Counted from the stretch's first letter, positions 20,226 to 29,558 are shown. The stretch is DNA of 64,000 nucleotides from Patescibacteria group bacterium (GCA_018897195.1 JAHILH010000004.1:83678-147677), one strand, 5' to 3'. The notes: generated from the letters alone by a model not told the origin. Translations and numbers: made by a program.

Positions 20226-20229
20226 TAAA

Positions 20230-20976
20230 CTATTTTTTGGATTTTAAATACTTTAGAGCTAAATCATATAAAATTTTAAAAGTATTCGCTATTTCCTTAT
20301 TTTCAATAATTACACCGCTCGACGGACCACTTTGGGATATAATCCTGATTTTATTTCCAAAAATGGCAATATCACTATTAATTTTATAATCCTTTGACGA
20401 TATTCGTACCACATCAGCGTCTGTTTTTAATCTTTTTTTATCATCATTGGTTATAATTTCAGCATTTATTTTTTTATTCTGTCTTTTTTTCCTCATTTCC
20501 AAAACTTCTTCTTCGGTAAACATTTTCAACAAAAGATCATAAGAATATATCATTCTAAGTTTTTCATCACCATTCTTAAAATCAAATATCTCTTCTGCGA
20601 TTGCCCTCATGCCTTCCTTGCCTTCAAAATACCTAACAGTTGGGCCCTCTTTGTCTCTAGATTTTAATGCTTTTAAATTCGGTAATATCCTATCTAAATA
20701 CTCTTGCTTTTTTTGTATCTCCATTGCCTGCTCTCGAAACAATAAATTTAATTTCTCCGGTGATTCCGCATAAAAATATTGCTTTTTATTCTCATAGGCG
20801 CTACTCATTAACCCCTTTTGAATTAAAGATTCAATAACTACATAAGTAGTAGCTCTATTCACTTTTGCCTTTTCAGAAATCTTCTGCACGGTGCTTTGTC
20901 CCAGCTCTAAAGTAGCTAAATAAACCTTAGCCTCTTTCTCGGCTAAACCGAGATTTTTCAATTCTTTATAATCCAT
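20230..20976 (-). CDS. TrmB-family (winged-HTH) transcriptional regulator
   Basis: The N-terminal HTH LGLAEKEAKVYLATLELGQSTVQKISEKAKVNRATTY is typical of TrmB. Confidence 0.55.
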   Translation of the reverse strand: MDYKELKNLGLAEKEAKVYLATLELGQSTVQKISEKAKVNRATTYVVIESLIQKGLMSSAYENKKQYFYAESPEKLNLLFREQAMEIQKKQEYLDRILPNLKALKSRDKEGPTVRYFEGKEGMRAIAEEIFDFKNGDEKLRMIYSYDLLLKMFTEEEVLEMRKKRQNKKINAEIITNDDKKRLKTDADVVRISSKDYKINSDIAIFGNKIRIISQSGPSSGVIIENKEIANTFKILYDLALKYLKSKK

Positions 20977-21059
20977 ATATAATATTTATTATTAATATCT
21001 AATTACAGTATAGCAAAAAAAACAAAAAATGTCAACGAGCGTTGACATTTTTTTTCTAT

Positions 21060-22016
21060 TTATATAATCTTCTCAATAATCGCCGCTAACTTCTCCTCAT
21101 CATGTCGGACAATTCCTCCCTGGGTACTAACAATATCCTCCCTAATTACCGTCCGTCCATTCCACTTTTTCTCGCGGTGCATTTTAACCGGCTCTGCTTT
21201 TTGTTTCTTATATTGTTGTAAAATCTTTTTATCCAGAATCTTCGAATTAAAAATCACAAAATCGACTTTTCGCCCCATCGCTTTTTCCAAATCATAAACA
21301 AAATCCTCGCCTTTAAAATTATCTGTTTCACCAAACTTGGTCATCACATTGACTACGTAAATTATTTTCGCTTGGGTTTTTTTAATCTCCTCTTTCACCT
21401 CGGCTATTAAAAAGTTCGGGATAATACTAGTAAACAAATCACCAGGTCCAACAACGATATATTTCGCCTGCTTAATTGCCTTTAACACCGGTGGATAGAC
21501 CTTGATACAATTAGCATGATGTGGCACAAGATAGGTTTTTTTAATTTTTTCTCTTTGATTCCCGCGGGGAACATCAATCGCCGCTTCGCCATAAAGACGA
21601 CTACCGTCTGTTAGTTCAGCCACCAAAGTAGCTTTGTCGGTGGTAACCGGCAAAACCTGACCCTTAATATCCAAAACTTCGCCCAAGGCCTTAATGCCGT
21701 CTGGAAAAGAACCAGCATATTGCGACAAAATCGACAGTAACATATTGCCAGCATTGTGTCCGCTCAAACGATTATCGGAATTAAATCTTTTTTGCAAAAT
21801 TTTACGTGCATAGTCACGATCTGGAGACAAAGCCAGGACACATTTCAAGACATCTCCAGGCGGCAAAACCCCCAACTCATCACGAAGGCGACCAGTGCTG
21901 CCACCACTATCCACCATGGAGACCACAGCCTTAATATTTATATTTTTAACATCGCGCAAACCGGAAAGGAGGACAAATTGTCCAGAGCCGCCACCGATAG
22001 TTACAATATTTTTCAT
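21060..22016 (-). CDS. yvcK: Gluconeogenesis factor / YvcK (UPF0052, CofD-like) family protein
   Basis: The N-terminus VTIGGGSG...DSGGSTGRLR is typical of YvcK. Confidence 0.85.
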   Translation of the reverse strand: MKNIVTIGGGSGQFVLLSGLRDVKNINIKAVVSMVDSGGSTGRLRDELGVLPPGDVLKCVLALSPDRDYARKILQKRFNSDNRLSGHNAGNMLLSILSQYAGSFPDGIKALGEVLDIKGQVLPVTTDKATLVAELTDGSRLYGEAAIDVPRGNQREKIKKTYLVPHHANCIKVYPPVLKAIKQAKYIVVGPGDLFTSIIPNFLIAEVKEEIKKTQAKIIYVVNVMTKFGETDNFKGEDFVYDLEKAMGRKVDFVIFNSKILDKKILQQYKKQKAEPVKMHREKKWNGRTVIREDIVSTQGGIVRHDEEKLAAIIEKII

Positions 22017-22021
22017 AGATC

Positions 22022-22357
22022 TTATTTTTTAACTAGCACATCCTCCATTTTCAAAATTTTCTTCACAACAATATATAATATTGTCATGACAATCAAGAAA
22101 GTCAAAGCGCTATTAATTACAATTCCAATATTAAATTCCACTCCATTAACAAGGTAAACCAGTTGACTAACACCTTCACCTGGAATCATTAAATTAATCG
22201 AGGGCATTAAGATACCTTTAACCAAGGAGTCAACCAAGTCTTTCACGATTTGGGCGACCACCACACCAATAGCCATACCGATTATGGCATTGTTTTTTAA
22301 AAACTCAAACAAGCCTACCCAAAGTGATTTATGCTTATCTCTTATTGCTCCAATCAT
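22022..22357 (-). CDS. mscL: Large-conductance mechanosensitive channel
   Basis: The protein is 111 aa with two TM helices. The N-terminus FKEFLKNNAIIGMAIGVVVAQ is MscL-like. Confidence 0.8.
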   Translation of the reverse strand: MIGAIRDKHKSLWVGLFEFLKNNAIIGMAIGVVVAQIVKDLVDSLVKGILMPSINLMIPGEGVSQLVYLVNGVEFNIGIVINSALTFLIVMTILYIVVKKILKMEDVLVKK

Positions 22358-22376
22358 AGATTTAAAAATTAATTAA

Positions 22377-23129
22377 TTATTTCTTTTCATTCGCTTCTTT
22401 ATCACATAAACAAAGAACATCGCGATGTAGCCATAATAAAGAAGCTGGATTTTGAGTAGAAATTTTCTTCTCTTTAAATTTAGCAAATATTTCTTGTTTG
22501 CTTTTACCGCTAACTAAAAATAACACTTTCTTCGCTTCAAAAATACTGCGCATTCCTAATGTTAAACCATAAGAAATATGACCATCGCTTTTCTCTGTCA
22601 TGGTGTGATGTAAAGTCTGCTCACTTAGATTGTGCGCCACGTGCGCTTCTAATTCCAAAGTTTCAGCTGGATCGTTAAGCCCAATATGCCCGTTCTTACC
22701 AAGACCCAAGATACACAAATCAATCCCGCCCAAAGCGTCAATCTTGACTTGATAATCAACCAAGCTTTGTTCCATTTTTTCTGGAGTGTTGTCGAAAGTA
22801 ATATAACGATCACTAGAAACATTTAGTGGAACAATAATTTTTTCATTAATCTCGGTTTCACAAGTGGCTGGATCATTCAACGGCACGCCACCCCATTCAT
22901 CTAGTTTTATAATATAAATTTGTGCAAATAGCTCTGGTGATTTAACACGCTCTGCGGCCAACAATTCATAAGTCCGACTAGGCGTCGCCCCGGTCGCAAT
23001 ACTTATTACCGTTCGTTGCTTCTTTTTTAAAGCCTTAATAATTTCTTCAGCTGCTTTCTGGCTCATTGCCTCGTAGTTTTTGACCACTTTGATTTTAAAT
23101 TTATTCTTCATATTTTTGCGCCACGCCAT
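22377..23129 (-). CDS. Glucosamine-6-phosphate deaminase / 6-phosphogluconolactonase family (NagB-like)
   Basis: ISIATGATP and GLGKNGHIGLNDP motifs are present. Confidence 0.7.
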   Translation of the reverse strand: MAWRKNMKNKFKIKVVKNYEAMSQKAAEEIIKALKKKQRTVISIATGATPSRTYELLAAERVKSPELFAQIYIIKLDEWGGVPLNDPATCETEINEKIIVPLNVSSDRYITFDNTPEKMEQSLVDYQVKIDALGGIDLCILGLGKNGHIGLNDPAETLELEAHVAHNLSEQTLHHTMTEKSDGHISYGLTLGMRSIFEAKKVLFLVSGKSKQEIFAKFKEKKISTQNPASLLWLHRDVLCLCDKEANEKK

Positions 23130-23204
23130 ATTTTTTTTAGCGATAACTGGATTAAAAATTTAATCAATATCTTAATTTTATCATCTATAACACTTTTAAG
23201 CAAA

Positions 23205-23238
23205 CAAAAACTGTTCGCAATAGAGAACAGTTTTTTTA
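23205..23238. terminator. Bidirectional intrinsic terminator downstream of the pheST-containing operon
   Basis: A stem AACTGTTC/GAACAGTT is followed by TTTTTTT. Confidence 0.55.
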
Positions 23239-23250
23239 TATAAAGCTATA

Positions 23251-23541
23251 TTATTTTTTCTTTTTCTTATCTTTCCCGGAATAGTCCTTGGCAATTTCAA
23301 CTACTTTTTTTATACCCTCACTGATCAACAATAAATAAGATGTACTATGTTCGATTTTTTCCTTCACGCTCTGAATCACATCGTCAATTTTGTTAAGTCG
23401 TTCTCGCGTTTCGCGGACTATTTTAAAAAGATCGCGTACGATTTGAACCAAATAATAAAGCAGTATAAAGGTAATCGCCGATAAACTAATTACGGCTGCT
23501 GTTTTTGCAATATTTAAGATGTCTTGTGAAGTTTCAAACAT
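23251..23541 (-). CDS. Small membrane-anchored coiled-coil protein (DUF948-like)
   Basis: An N-terminal TM helix is followed by a charged helical region and a K-rich tail. Confidence 0.4.
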   Translation of the reverse strand: MFETSQDILNIAKTAAVISLSAITFILLYYLVQIVRDLFKIVRETRERLNKIDDVIQSVKEKIEHSTSYLLLISEGIKKVVEIAKDYSGKDKKKKK

Positions 23542-23544
23542 ATT

Positions 23545-25989
23545 TTAAAAATTTCTTACCTTCGCCTCAAACCTTTCTTCGATTTTTTTGATCAAATCAT
23601 TTTGCCATTGATCAACCTCCTCGGAAGTCAGGGTCTTTTCAGCTTGGTAGATAATATGAAAAGCTAAGTTTTTGTTATCTTTGCCAATTTTCTCACCTTG
23701 ATAAATATCAAAAAGTTCAACCTCCTTGATGTATTTATTAAAATTTTTAATCTCGGCTACAATATCATTATACAATATTTTTTCATTTACCACAAAGGCT
23801 AAGTCGCGAGTTAAGGCTGGATATTTTTCAGATGGCACATACATCTTAGCAAAAGACTCATCGATAGTTTGCAAAAGTGACTTTAAAATAATTTCCACAA
23901 ACACCACCTTCTTTTTAAGGCCGTTTTTCTTGGCGATTTCGTCATCCATTTTACAAATATTGCCCAATTCAGTCTTACCGCAACAAATAGTAGCCGACAT
24001 TTCAGGATTAGCCCAGTTGGGAATAGATTCTATAAAATCAAATTTCACTTTCAAGTCCAAGTTCGCCAGTAAGTGCTCAACCACTCCCTTGGCTTCACCA
24101 AACAACTCCACGTCATTTTTGCCTGCCAATATAATACCTAGTCTTTTTTCTTGATATGGGATGCTTTCCTTGGAATCGGTGCTTTTCTTCACACTGCTTT
24201 CAGTATCAACAAAAACTGAACCGATTTCAAAAAATTTCAAATCATCATATCGCGCTTGATTAGCGCGAATGTTGTTGAACATATTTGTCGCCAAAGTTTG
24301 ACGTAACATTGTTTGATGGGAAGCAATTGGATTTGCCAAGCGGATATGTTTGGAGAAATCTACTCCCAGTTTTTTAAGCTGCTCCTCACCTACAAATGAA
24401 TAATTATAAATTTCAGTCAATGCTGGTGCGCCTGATAGTATTTTTCTAATTTTTCTTTCCAAGGCTTTATCTCTTTTCAACTCCACTGACTCAATCATAA
24501 TTTCCGGCATCACTGCCTCAATGTTATTAAAACCGTAAATACGCGCAATCTCCTCAACGATATCTTCTTTTAGTTCAACATCCTTTGTTGCCCGCCAAGT
24601 GGGAATAGTCACGGCTAAAACGTCTTCTTTTTTATCGACACCAAAGCCAAGACTGGTTAAAATTCGTATAATCTCTTTTTCTTCAATTTTCTGCCCAATA
24701 GTCTGAGCAATCCAATTAGCTGTTAGTTCCACTGGTCCAGTTGTTAAATGAAATTCTTTTTGATCAGTAACCTCGCTAATCACTTTCGCGCCCGGCACGA
24801 TTTTCTTAATCAATTCCACCGCGCGCATCAATGCCACGTCACACAGACTCGGGTCCAAGCCTTTTTCATAACGCATTGACGCTTCACTGCGTAAAGCCAG
24901 CTTGCCTGATGTTTTCCTAATAGAGGTATAATTAAAATTTGCTGATTCTAAAATAATCTTTTTAGTCTTATCATCAACTTCGCTACTCTCACCACCCATT
25001 ACACCAGCAATTGCCAAAACTTCTTCATCATTGGCAATTACCAACATCTCACTGTCTAATTTTCTTGTCTCGCCATCAAGGGTTACTACCACCTCATCCT
25101 TCTTGGCATTCCGTACAGTAATTTTTACTTTCTGATTCTTTTTCATTTTTTTAATTTCTATTTTTGAAAAATCAAAAGCATGCATTGGTTGTCCCAATTC
25201 AAACATTACATAATTCACCGCGTCCACAATATTGTTAATCGGCTTCACATTAATCGCTGTTAATCGTTCTTGCATCCATTTCGGAGAAGACTTCACGGTA
25301 ATACCATCCATTGCCACTGCCATATAGCGCGGACATAATTTAAAATCATCATTTCTTACCTCTATCTCAATTTCCTCATTAGCTTCTTTTTTCAAAACGT
25401 CTACATTAGGCTTATACTCATTAAACTTCTCATCCAAAATTACTGCCAACTCCCTGGCAATACCCATGTGTCCCCAAAGATCCGGTCGATTGGATAAAGA
25501 TTTATTATCAACTTCTAGAATTGTGTCCTTAAAATCTAAATAATCCGCAAAATCCTGACCAACTTTGGCTTTTTCCAATATCATAATCCCCTCATGATTC
25601 TCACCCAATCCCAATTCATCTTCGGCGCATAACATACCAAAAGATTTCTCCCCACGGACTTCCGCCTCCCTAATTTCAATATTACCAGGCAAAACTGTGC
25701 CTACGGTTGCAACTGGCACCAATTGTCCAACCTCAATATTCGGCGCACCACAAACAATATCTAATTTTTCGCTTCCCGTGTCCACTTTGGCCAATTGCAA
25801 ACGATTCGCATTTGGGTGTTTGCTAATTTCCAAAATCTTACCAACCACTACTCCCTTAAATTTCTCCGATTGTTCTTTAATACCTTCAACTTCAACTGTA
25901 TGCATCGTCAAAACCTCACCAATCTTTTCCGCCGTTGTCGACTTTGGTAAATTTACATATTCTTTTAACCAATTTAAACTTAAATACAT
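23545..25989 (-). CDS. pheT: Phenylalanine--tRNA ligase beta subunit
   Basis: The protein is 814 aa. It has an N-terminal tRNA-binding domain, B3/B4 and B5 domains, and a C-terminal FDX-ACB domain. Confidence 0.95.
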   Translation of the reverse strand: MYLSLNWLKEYVNLPKSTTAEKIGEVLTMHTVEVEGIKEQSEKFKGVVVGKILEISKHPNANRLQLAKVDTGSEKLDIVCGAPNIEVGQLVPVATVGTVLPGNIEIREAEVRGEKSFGMLCAEDELGLGENHEGIMILEKAKVGQDFADYLDFKDTILEVDNKSLSNRPDLWGHMGIARELAVILDEKFNEYKPNVDVLKKEANEEIEIEVRNDDFKLCPRYMAVAMDGITVKSSPKWMQERLTAINVKPINNIVDAVNYVMFELGQPMHAFDFSKIEIKKMKKNQKVKITVRNAKKDEVVVTLDGETRKLDSEMLVIANDEEVLAIAGVMGGESSEVDDKTKKIILESANFNYTSIRKTSGKLALRSEASMRYEKGLDPSLCDVALMRAVELIKKIVPGAKVISEVTDQKEFHLTTGPVELTANWIAQTIGQKIEEKEIIRILTSLGFGVDKKEDVLAVTIPTWRATKDVELKEDIVEEIARIYGFNNIEAVMPEIMIESVELKRDKALERKIRKILSGAPALTEIYNYSFVGEEQLKKLGVDFSKHIRLANPIASHQTMLRQTLATNMFNNIRANQARYDDLKFFEIGSVFVDTESSVKKSTDSKESIPYQEKRLGIILAGKNDVELFGEAKGVVEHLLANLDLKVKFDFIESIPNWANPEMSATICCGKTELGNICKMDDEIAKKNGLKKKVVFVEIILKSLLQTIDESFAKMYVPSEKYPALTRDLAFVVNEKILYNDIVAEIKNFNKYIKEVELFDIYQGEKIGKDNKNLAFHIIYQAEKTLTSEEVDQWQNDLIKKIEERFEAKVRNF

Positions 25990-26007
25990 ATATTATAAAA
26001 ATTAATT

Positions 26008-27033
26008 TTAAAATTGTTCCAAAAATCTCATATCACCGCTATTAAAAGTTCGAATATCCTCGATACCATATTTCAACATTGTTAAACGATTCAAGCCGAA
26101 GCCAAAGGCAAAGCCAGTATATTCATTTGGATCAATACCACCTGCCTTCAAAACATTCGGATGAATCAAGCCACAGCCACCAACCTCTAACCAGCCCGTC
26201 TTCTTACACAAATTACAACCCTGCCCATTGCAAAGAAAACAAGTATATTCAATGTTGGCACCTGGTTCTACAAATGGATAAAACTTCGGACGCATCCGCA
26301 CCTGTGTTTCCGCACCGTATAAACGCTTGCCAATCTCGGCTAAAATGCCTTTTAAATGTGAGAAATTAATTTTCTTATCAACCATCAAACCCTCAAATTG
26401 ATAAAAAGTATGTTCATGGCGCACATCAGTTGCCTCACAACGAAATGTTCGTCCTGGCACCACCGCGCGCAGGGGCGCACCATGTTCCTGCATCGCTCGC
26501 ACCTGCACTGGTGAAGTGTGCGTGCGCATCACCAAATCCATATCTCCATCTTTATTTTTTTTATCAATATAAAAGGTATCCTGCATATCGCGTGCAGGAT
26601 GAGTCGAAGGAATATTCAAAGCTTCAAAATTATAAAAATCACTTTCTAGTTCCGGCCCCTCCAAAATCATAAAACCCATCGACATAAACAAATCTTCCAG
26701 CTCATCTTGCACAAGAGAAATCGGATGAATATGACCACGGGCGATTTTCTTACCGGGTAAGGTTACATCCATAAAACCAATTTTATCTTCAGCTGTTAAT
26801 TCTTTTCTAATATCCAAAAAAGCTTGTTGTATATCGTTTTTAATTTCATTAGCCAGTTTGCCAATTTTTTTGCGTTCGTCCGCTCCCAAATCAGACAAGC
26901 TGCGCAACAGTGTCGTCAATTCACCCTTGCGTCCCATATATTTAGTCTCTAACTCGCTCAAAAACTCCGAGTCTTTCACCTCTTTTAACTTCGTCAAAAT
27001 TTCTTCTTTAATTTTTTGTAATTCTTTTTGCAT
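26008..27033 (-). CDS. pheS: Phenylalanine--tRNA ligase alpha subunit
   Basis: Class II aaRS motifs are present. The C-terminus is GFAFGFGLNRLTMLKYGIEDIR. Confidence 0.95.
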   Translation of the reverse strand: MQKELQKIKEEILTKLKEVKDSEFLSELETKYMGRKGELTTLLRSLSDLGADERKKIGKLANEIKNDIQQAFLDIRKELTAEDKIGFMDVTLPGKKIARGHIHPISLVQDELEDLFMSMGFMILEGPELESDFYNFEALNIPSTHPARDMQDTFYIDKKNKDGDMDLVMRTHTSPVQVRAMQEHGAPLRAVVPGRTFRCEATDVRHEHTFYQFEGLMVDKKINFSHLKGILAEIGKRLYGAETQVRMRPKFYPFVEPGANIEYTCFLCNGQGCNLCKKTGWLEVGGCGLIHPNVLKAGGIDPNEYTGFAFGFGLNRLTMLKYGIEDIRTFNSGDMRFLEQF

Positions 27034-27112
27034 ATACGTATATTATAAAAGCCTAGGGCTTTTTGTCTAGTCGGAATACTAAAACTCAACGACTGTAAAA
27101 TAAATTTAAAAA

Positions 27113-27496
27113 CTAGTTAACCGGCTTCTCATATCCCAACAAGAAAAATTCTAAAATTGACAACCCACCAATCAGATAAAACAAATTCAACCACGTAAAT
27201 AAATCCTTTGCTAATAAATACAGGCCAATCACCACTAACAATGAAAACAAGAACGATTGTCGAAAAGCCTCTTTTACTGATTTAAACGCCAAGGCCCTTT
27301 TCAAACCAACAAAACGCACCAAAAAGCCAACTATCGCCGCCGTGCCCACTAAAGAAATAAACAAGGTTGAATAGAACATCGTAAAGCCCACAAAATTAGT
27401 CTGCGTTGGATCAATTGTAAGCACCACATAACCAAACATTACCCAACAAACAAGGGTTAAGGCAATCATTGTTGCTAAATATTTTTTCAAATTCAT
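27113..27496 (-). CDS. Hypothetical 4-TM membrane protein
   Basis: Only a hydrophobic profile is available. Confidence 0.4.
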   Translation of the reverse strand: MNLKKYLATMIALTLVCWVMFGYVVLTIDPTQTNFVGFTMFYSTLFISLVGTAAIVGFLVRFVGLKRALAFKSVKEAFRQSFLFSLLVVIGLYLLAKDLFTWLNLFYLIGGLSILEFFLLGYEKPVN

Positions 27497-27630
27497 ACCT
27501 TACAACCTTATCACCTTTTTTGATATTTTTCAAGATAAAAAAACTGGAAACTGAAAATGTTTATCTATTTTGCGACTTTTCCCAACACTACCATTGATTT
27601 TACATTTTTATAATTAATTTTACCCAATAA

Positions 27631-27672
27631 TAGCAAAAAAACAGAGCTAGTTAAATTATCTTAACTAGCTCC
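27631..27672 (-). terminator. Intrinsic terminator (GAGCTAGTTAA/TTAACTAGCTC) 23 nt downstream of the 27695 small ORF
   Basis: An 11 bp stem is followed by a minus-strand U-tract. Confidence 0.55.
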
Positions 27673-27694
27673 AAAAATAAATAAAAAATTACTT

Positions 27695-27841
27695 TTATTT
27701 TTCTTTTTTTAAAAGAAGATTTTTACAACTAAAGTCTTTGGGGAAAGGATTTAGAAAAAAAAATCCTTTACACGTTTTAAATTGACAATATCGAAGACAT
27801 TGCTCCTTGTCTTTGCAATTCATTTTTGTGCCGCGTTGCAT
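27695..27841 (-). CDS. Small Cys-rich ORF (47 aa, MQRGTKMNCKDKEQCLRYCQFKTCKGFFFLNPFPKDFSCKNLLLKKEK)
   Basis: A strong SD AAGGAGGG lies 8 nt upstream of the ATG. The ORF has five Cys residues and a terminator directly downstream. It is below the ORF-track threshold. Confidence 0.35.
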   Translation of the reverse strand: MQRGTKMNCKDKEQCLRYCQFKTCKGFFFLNPFPKDFSCKNLLLKKEK

Positions 27842-27858
27842 TATTTCACCCTCCTTTT

Positions 27859-28056
27859 TTAATCTATTCCTTTGGAAAAGGAATAATTACCTTTTTCTAG
27901 GTCCGCGGGTAACGACAACACCTTTGCATTAGAGCCACAGATTGGGCACCCTGGTTGATAAGCCAAAAAATTATTGCCACATTTTTGACATTGATGCGTG
28001 TGTCTTAGTTCGCGCTCAAAGTTCGTAATACCATCATCTTCGGGATTTTCACACAT
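27859..28056 (-). CDS. Small zinc-ribbon protein (CxxC...CxxC)
   Basis: CQKCGN and CPICGS pairs are present. Confidence 0.45.
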   Translation of the reverse strand: MCENPEDDGITNFERELRHTHQCQKCGNNFLAYQPGCPICGSNAKVLSLPADLEKGNYSFSKGID

Positions 28057-28134
28057 GTATTATCTCCTTTGCAATTATTTATATAAAGAACAACATTTAT
28101 TTTACCTTTTCAATAAATATTAAAACGAGATCAT

Positions 28135-28641
28135 TTATTTTCTATCTAAAATTTTACCTGCAATATAACCATTAACTAACGAAAATATTAACACATAAAT
28201 CGAGACGACCACTGTAAAAGCTAGACCGAAATAATGAATCATAACTGGGATAAATACGGGTTGAACATTACGGTTACTAAAAAAAGCAACAATCAAGGAG
28301 TTTTTCATGCCATTTTTTTTCAACTCTCCAAAAATCGGAAACAGCACATATGGTGGGCCCACAATAATAACCGAGCCTATAACTACATAAAGCCACTTCC
28401 TCCATCCAACATCCGCCCCTAAGTGCTTCTTAATCATTTCCGGTTTAACGAAAAGATTAACTAAAAATATAATAATAAAAACTAAAACTAAAAAAGGCAA
28501 AACCCCTTGAAGCGCCGTCCAGGACTCCTCAAAAGCTTTTTTGGTTATTTCCTGCCTAAAATATCCAACTACAAAATAAACCAAAACAACTCCAAGTAGA
28601 AATTTTTGACCATTGGGTATTTTTTTAATAAAATTAAACAT
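28135..28641 (-). CDS. Predicted permease (DUF318/ArsP-like), C-terminal half
   Basis: The protein is polytopic and in-frame with the upstream half. The two halves are separated only by TAA plus one codon. Confidence 0.45.
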   Translation of the reverse strand: MFNFIKKIPNGQKFLLGVVLVYFVVGYFRQEITKKAFEESWTALQGVLPFLVLVFIIIFLVNLFVKPEMIKKHLGADVGWRKWLYVVIGSVIIVGPPYVLFPIFGELKKNGMKNSLIVAFFSNRNVQPVFIPVMIHYFGLAFTVVVSIYVLIFSLVNGYIAGKILDRK

Positions 28642-28644
28642 ATA

Positions 28645-29055
28645 TTATTTCAAGATATTCATAGTCAGCACGGTTAAAATAGCAATAATAATTGAAGATA
28701 GAAAATTTAAAGAATTTCTAACAAAGGCAAAACGCTTACCAAAAATCGAAATCTCCAGTGGCAGCATAACCATCCCAACTGTTGCCCAGGTTAAAATAAA
28801 CGCAGTCACTGCCAAAAGACTAACCCCAGTTCTTAAAAGCTCTCCACCTGCCACGTAGCTTGCAATCGGAATACCAAAGGAGATACTACCGGCAATTGCC
28901 CCAATTAAGGGATCAATAAAATAATCTCCTGTAAAAATCTTTAAATAAAGCCCCTCTAGAAGCGGATTCAATAAACTAAACAACATCAAAACTCCCACCA
29001 CAATCGGTAAAGCCGTCTTGATGTTTTTGACAGTTTTTTGCAAAGCTTCCTTCAT
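28645..29055 (-). CDS. Predicted permease (DUF318/ArsP-like), N-terminal half
   Basis: It has four TM segments and is contiguous and in-frame with 28135..28641. Confidence 0.45.
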   Translation of the reverse strand: MKEALQKTVKNIKTALPIVVGVLMLFSLLNPLLEGLYLKIFTGDYFIDPLIGAIAGSISFGIPIASYVAGGELLRTGVSLLAVTAFILTWATVGMVMLPLEISIFGKRFAFVRNSLNFLSSIIIAILTVLTMNILK

Positions 29056-29059
29056 TGTT

Positions 29060-29452
29060 TTATTTTGATAAACGAGTTAATATTTTTAAAATCTTATCTA
29101 ATTTTTCATTTGCAATTTCAAACTGATTAACACTTGTCTTGCTACTAAAACGTTCAATCTTATTATCATCGCCATCACTACTCTTAGCAAAACAAAAACT
29201 ACAAAGTATCGGTTTTTTACCATTCGGTTTAAACGGCACTTCACAGTCATTGCCACATTCACTACAAGTGGCTTTATATTTTGTCGACTTCTCATCTTTC
29301 TTCATGCCAAAACTTCTGCTAACCGGTATTTCCTCTCTTTTGCCACCAAAACTTCTTCCGCTGGGCTTGTCTCCCCTTCGACTACCATCAAAACTTCGAC
29401 CACTTGGTCTCTTGCTATCGCGCACATTATTATCTTTTTTAAAAGTTTTCAT
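29060..29452 (-). CDS. Basic zinc-ribbon protein with SGRSFGG repeats (C-x2-C-x3-C ... C-x2-C)
   Basis: CSECGNDC...CSFC is present. The start is more likely the internal Met at 29452, because the + strand promoter at 29530 overlaps the longer ORF. Confidence 0.45.
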   Translation of the reverse strand: MKTFKKDNNVRDSKRPSGRSFDGSRRGDKPSGRSFGGKREEIPVSRSFGMKKDEKSTKYKATCSECGNDCEVPFKPNGKKPILCSFCFAKSSDGDDNKIERFSSKTSVNQFEIANEKLDKILKILTRLSK

Positions 29453-29529
29453 ATTTTTAAAGTATTTATTAATTAGATAAACTAAGAATAGCCTTGAAAT
29501 GGGAAAATAGCAAGAGTAAAAATACTTAT

Positions 29530-29558
29530 TTGACAAACACCATTACACATACTAATAT
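29530..29558 (+). promoter_or_regulatory. Sigma70-type promoter TTGACA-N17-TAATAT for the receiver gene
   Basis: The -35 hexamer and spacing are consensus. Confidence 0.5.

Larger units (their letters stand above)
17622..20229. other. 2.6 kb AT-rich region with no ORF of 60 aa or more, rich in local palindromes and internal repeats (see findings)
   Basis: The six-frame track is empty for this region. Duplicated segments include 18136-18156/18881-18899, 18229-18245/18912-18928 and 18421-18455/19185-19220. Confidence 0.6.

Noticed and set aside
17622-20229. RNase P RNA, tmRNA, SRP RNA or 6S RNA in the large noncoding region
   Set aside because: The conserved cores were looked for by eye on both strands and not found. 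These are the P4 strands GGAAAGUCCGGGC and ACAGAAACCCGGCUUA, the tmRNA tRNA-like 3' end with a tag ORF ending ALAA, and the SRP domain IV GGAAGCAGCC. Only weak chance matches such as GGGAGTCCG at 17938 were seen. This is not excluded without a covariance-model search.
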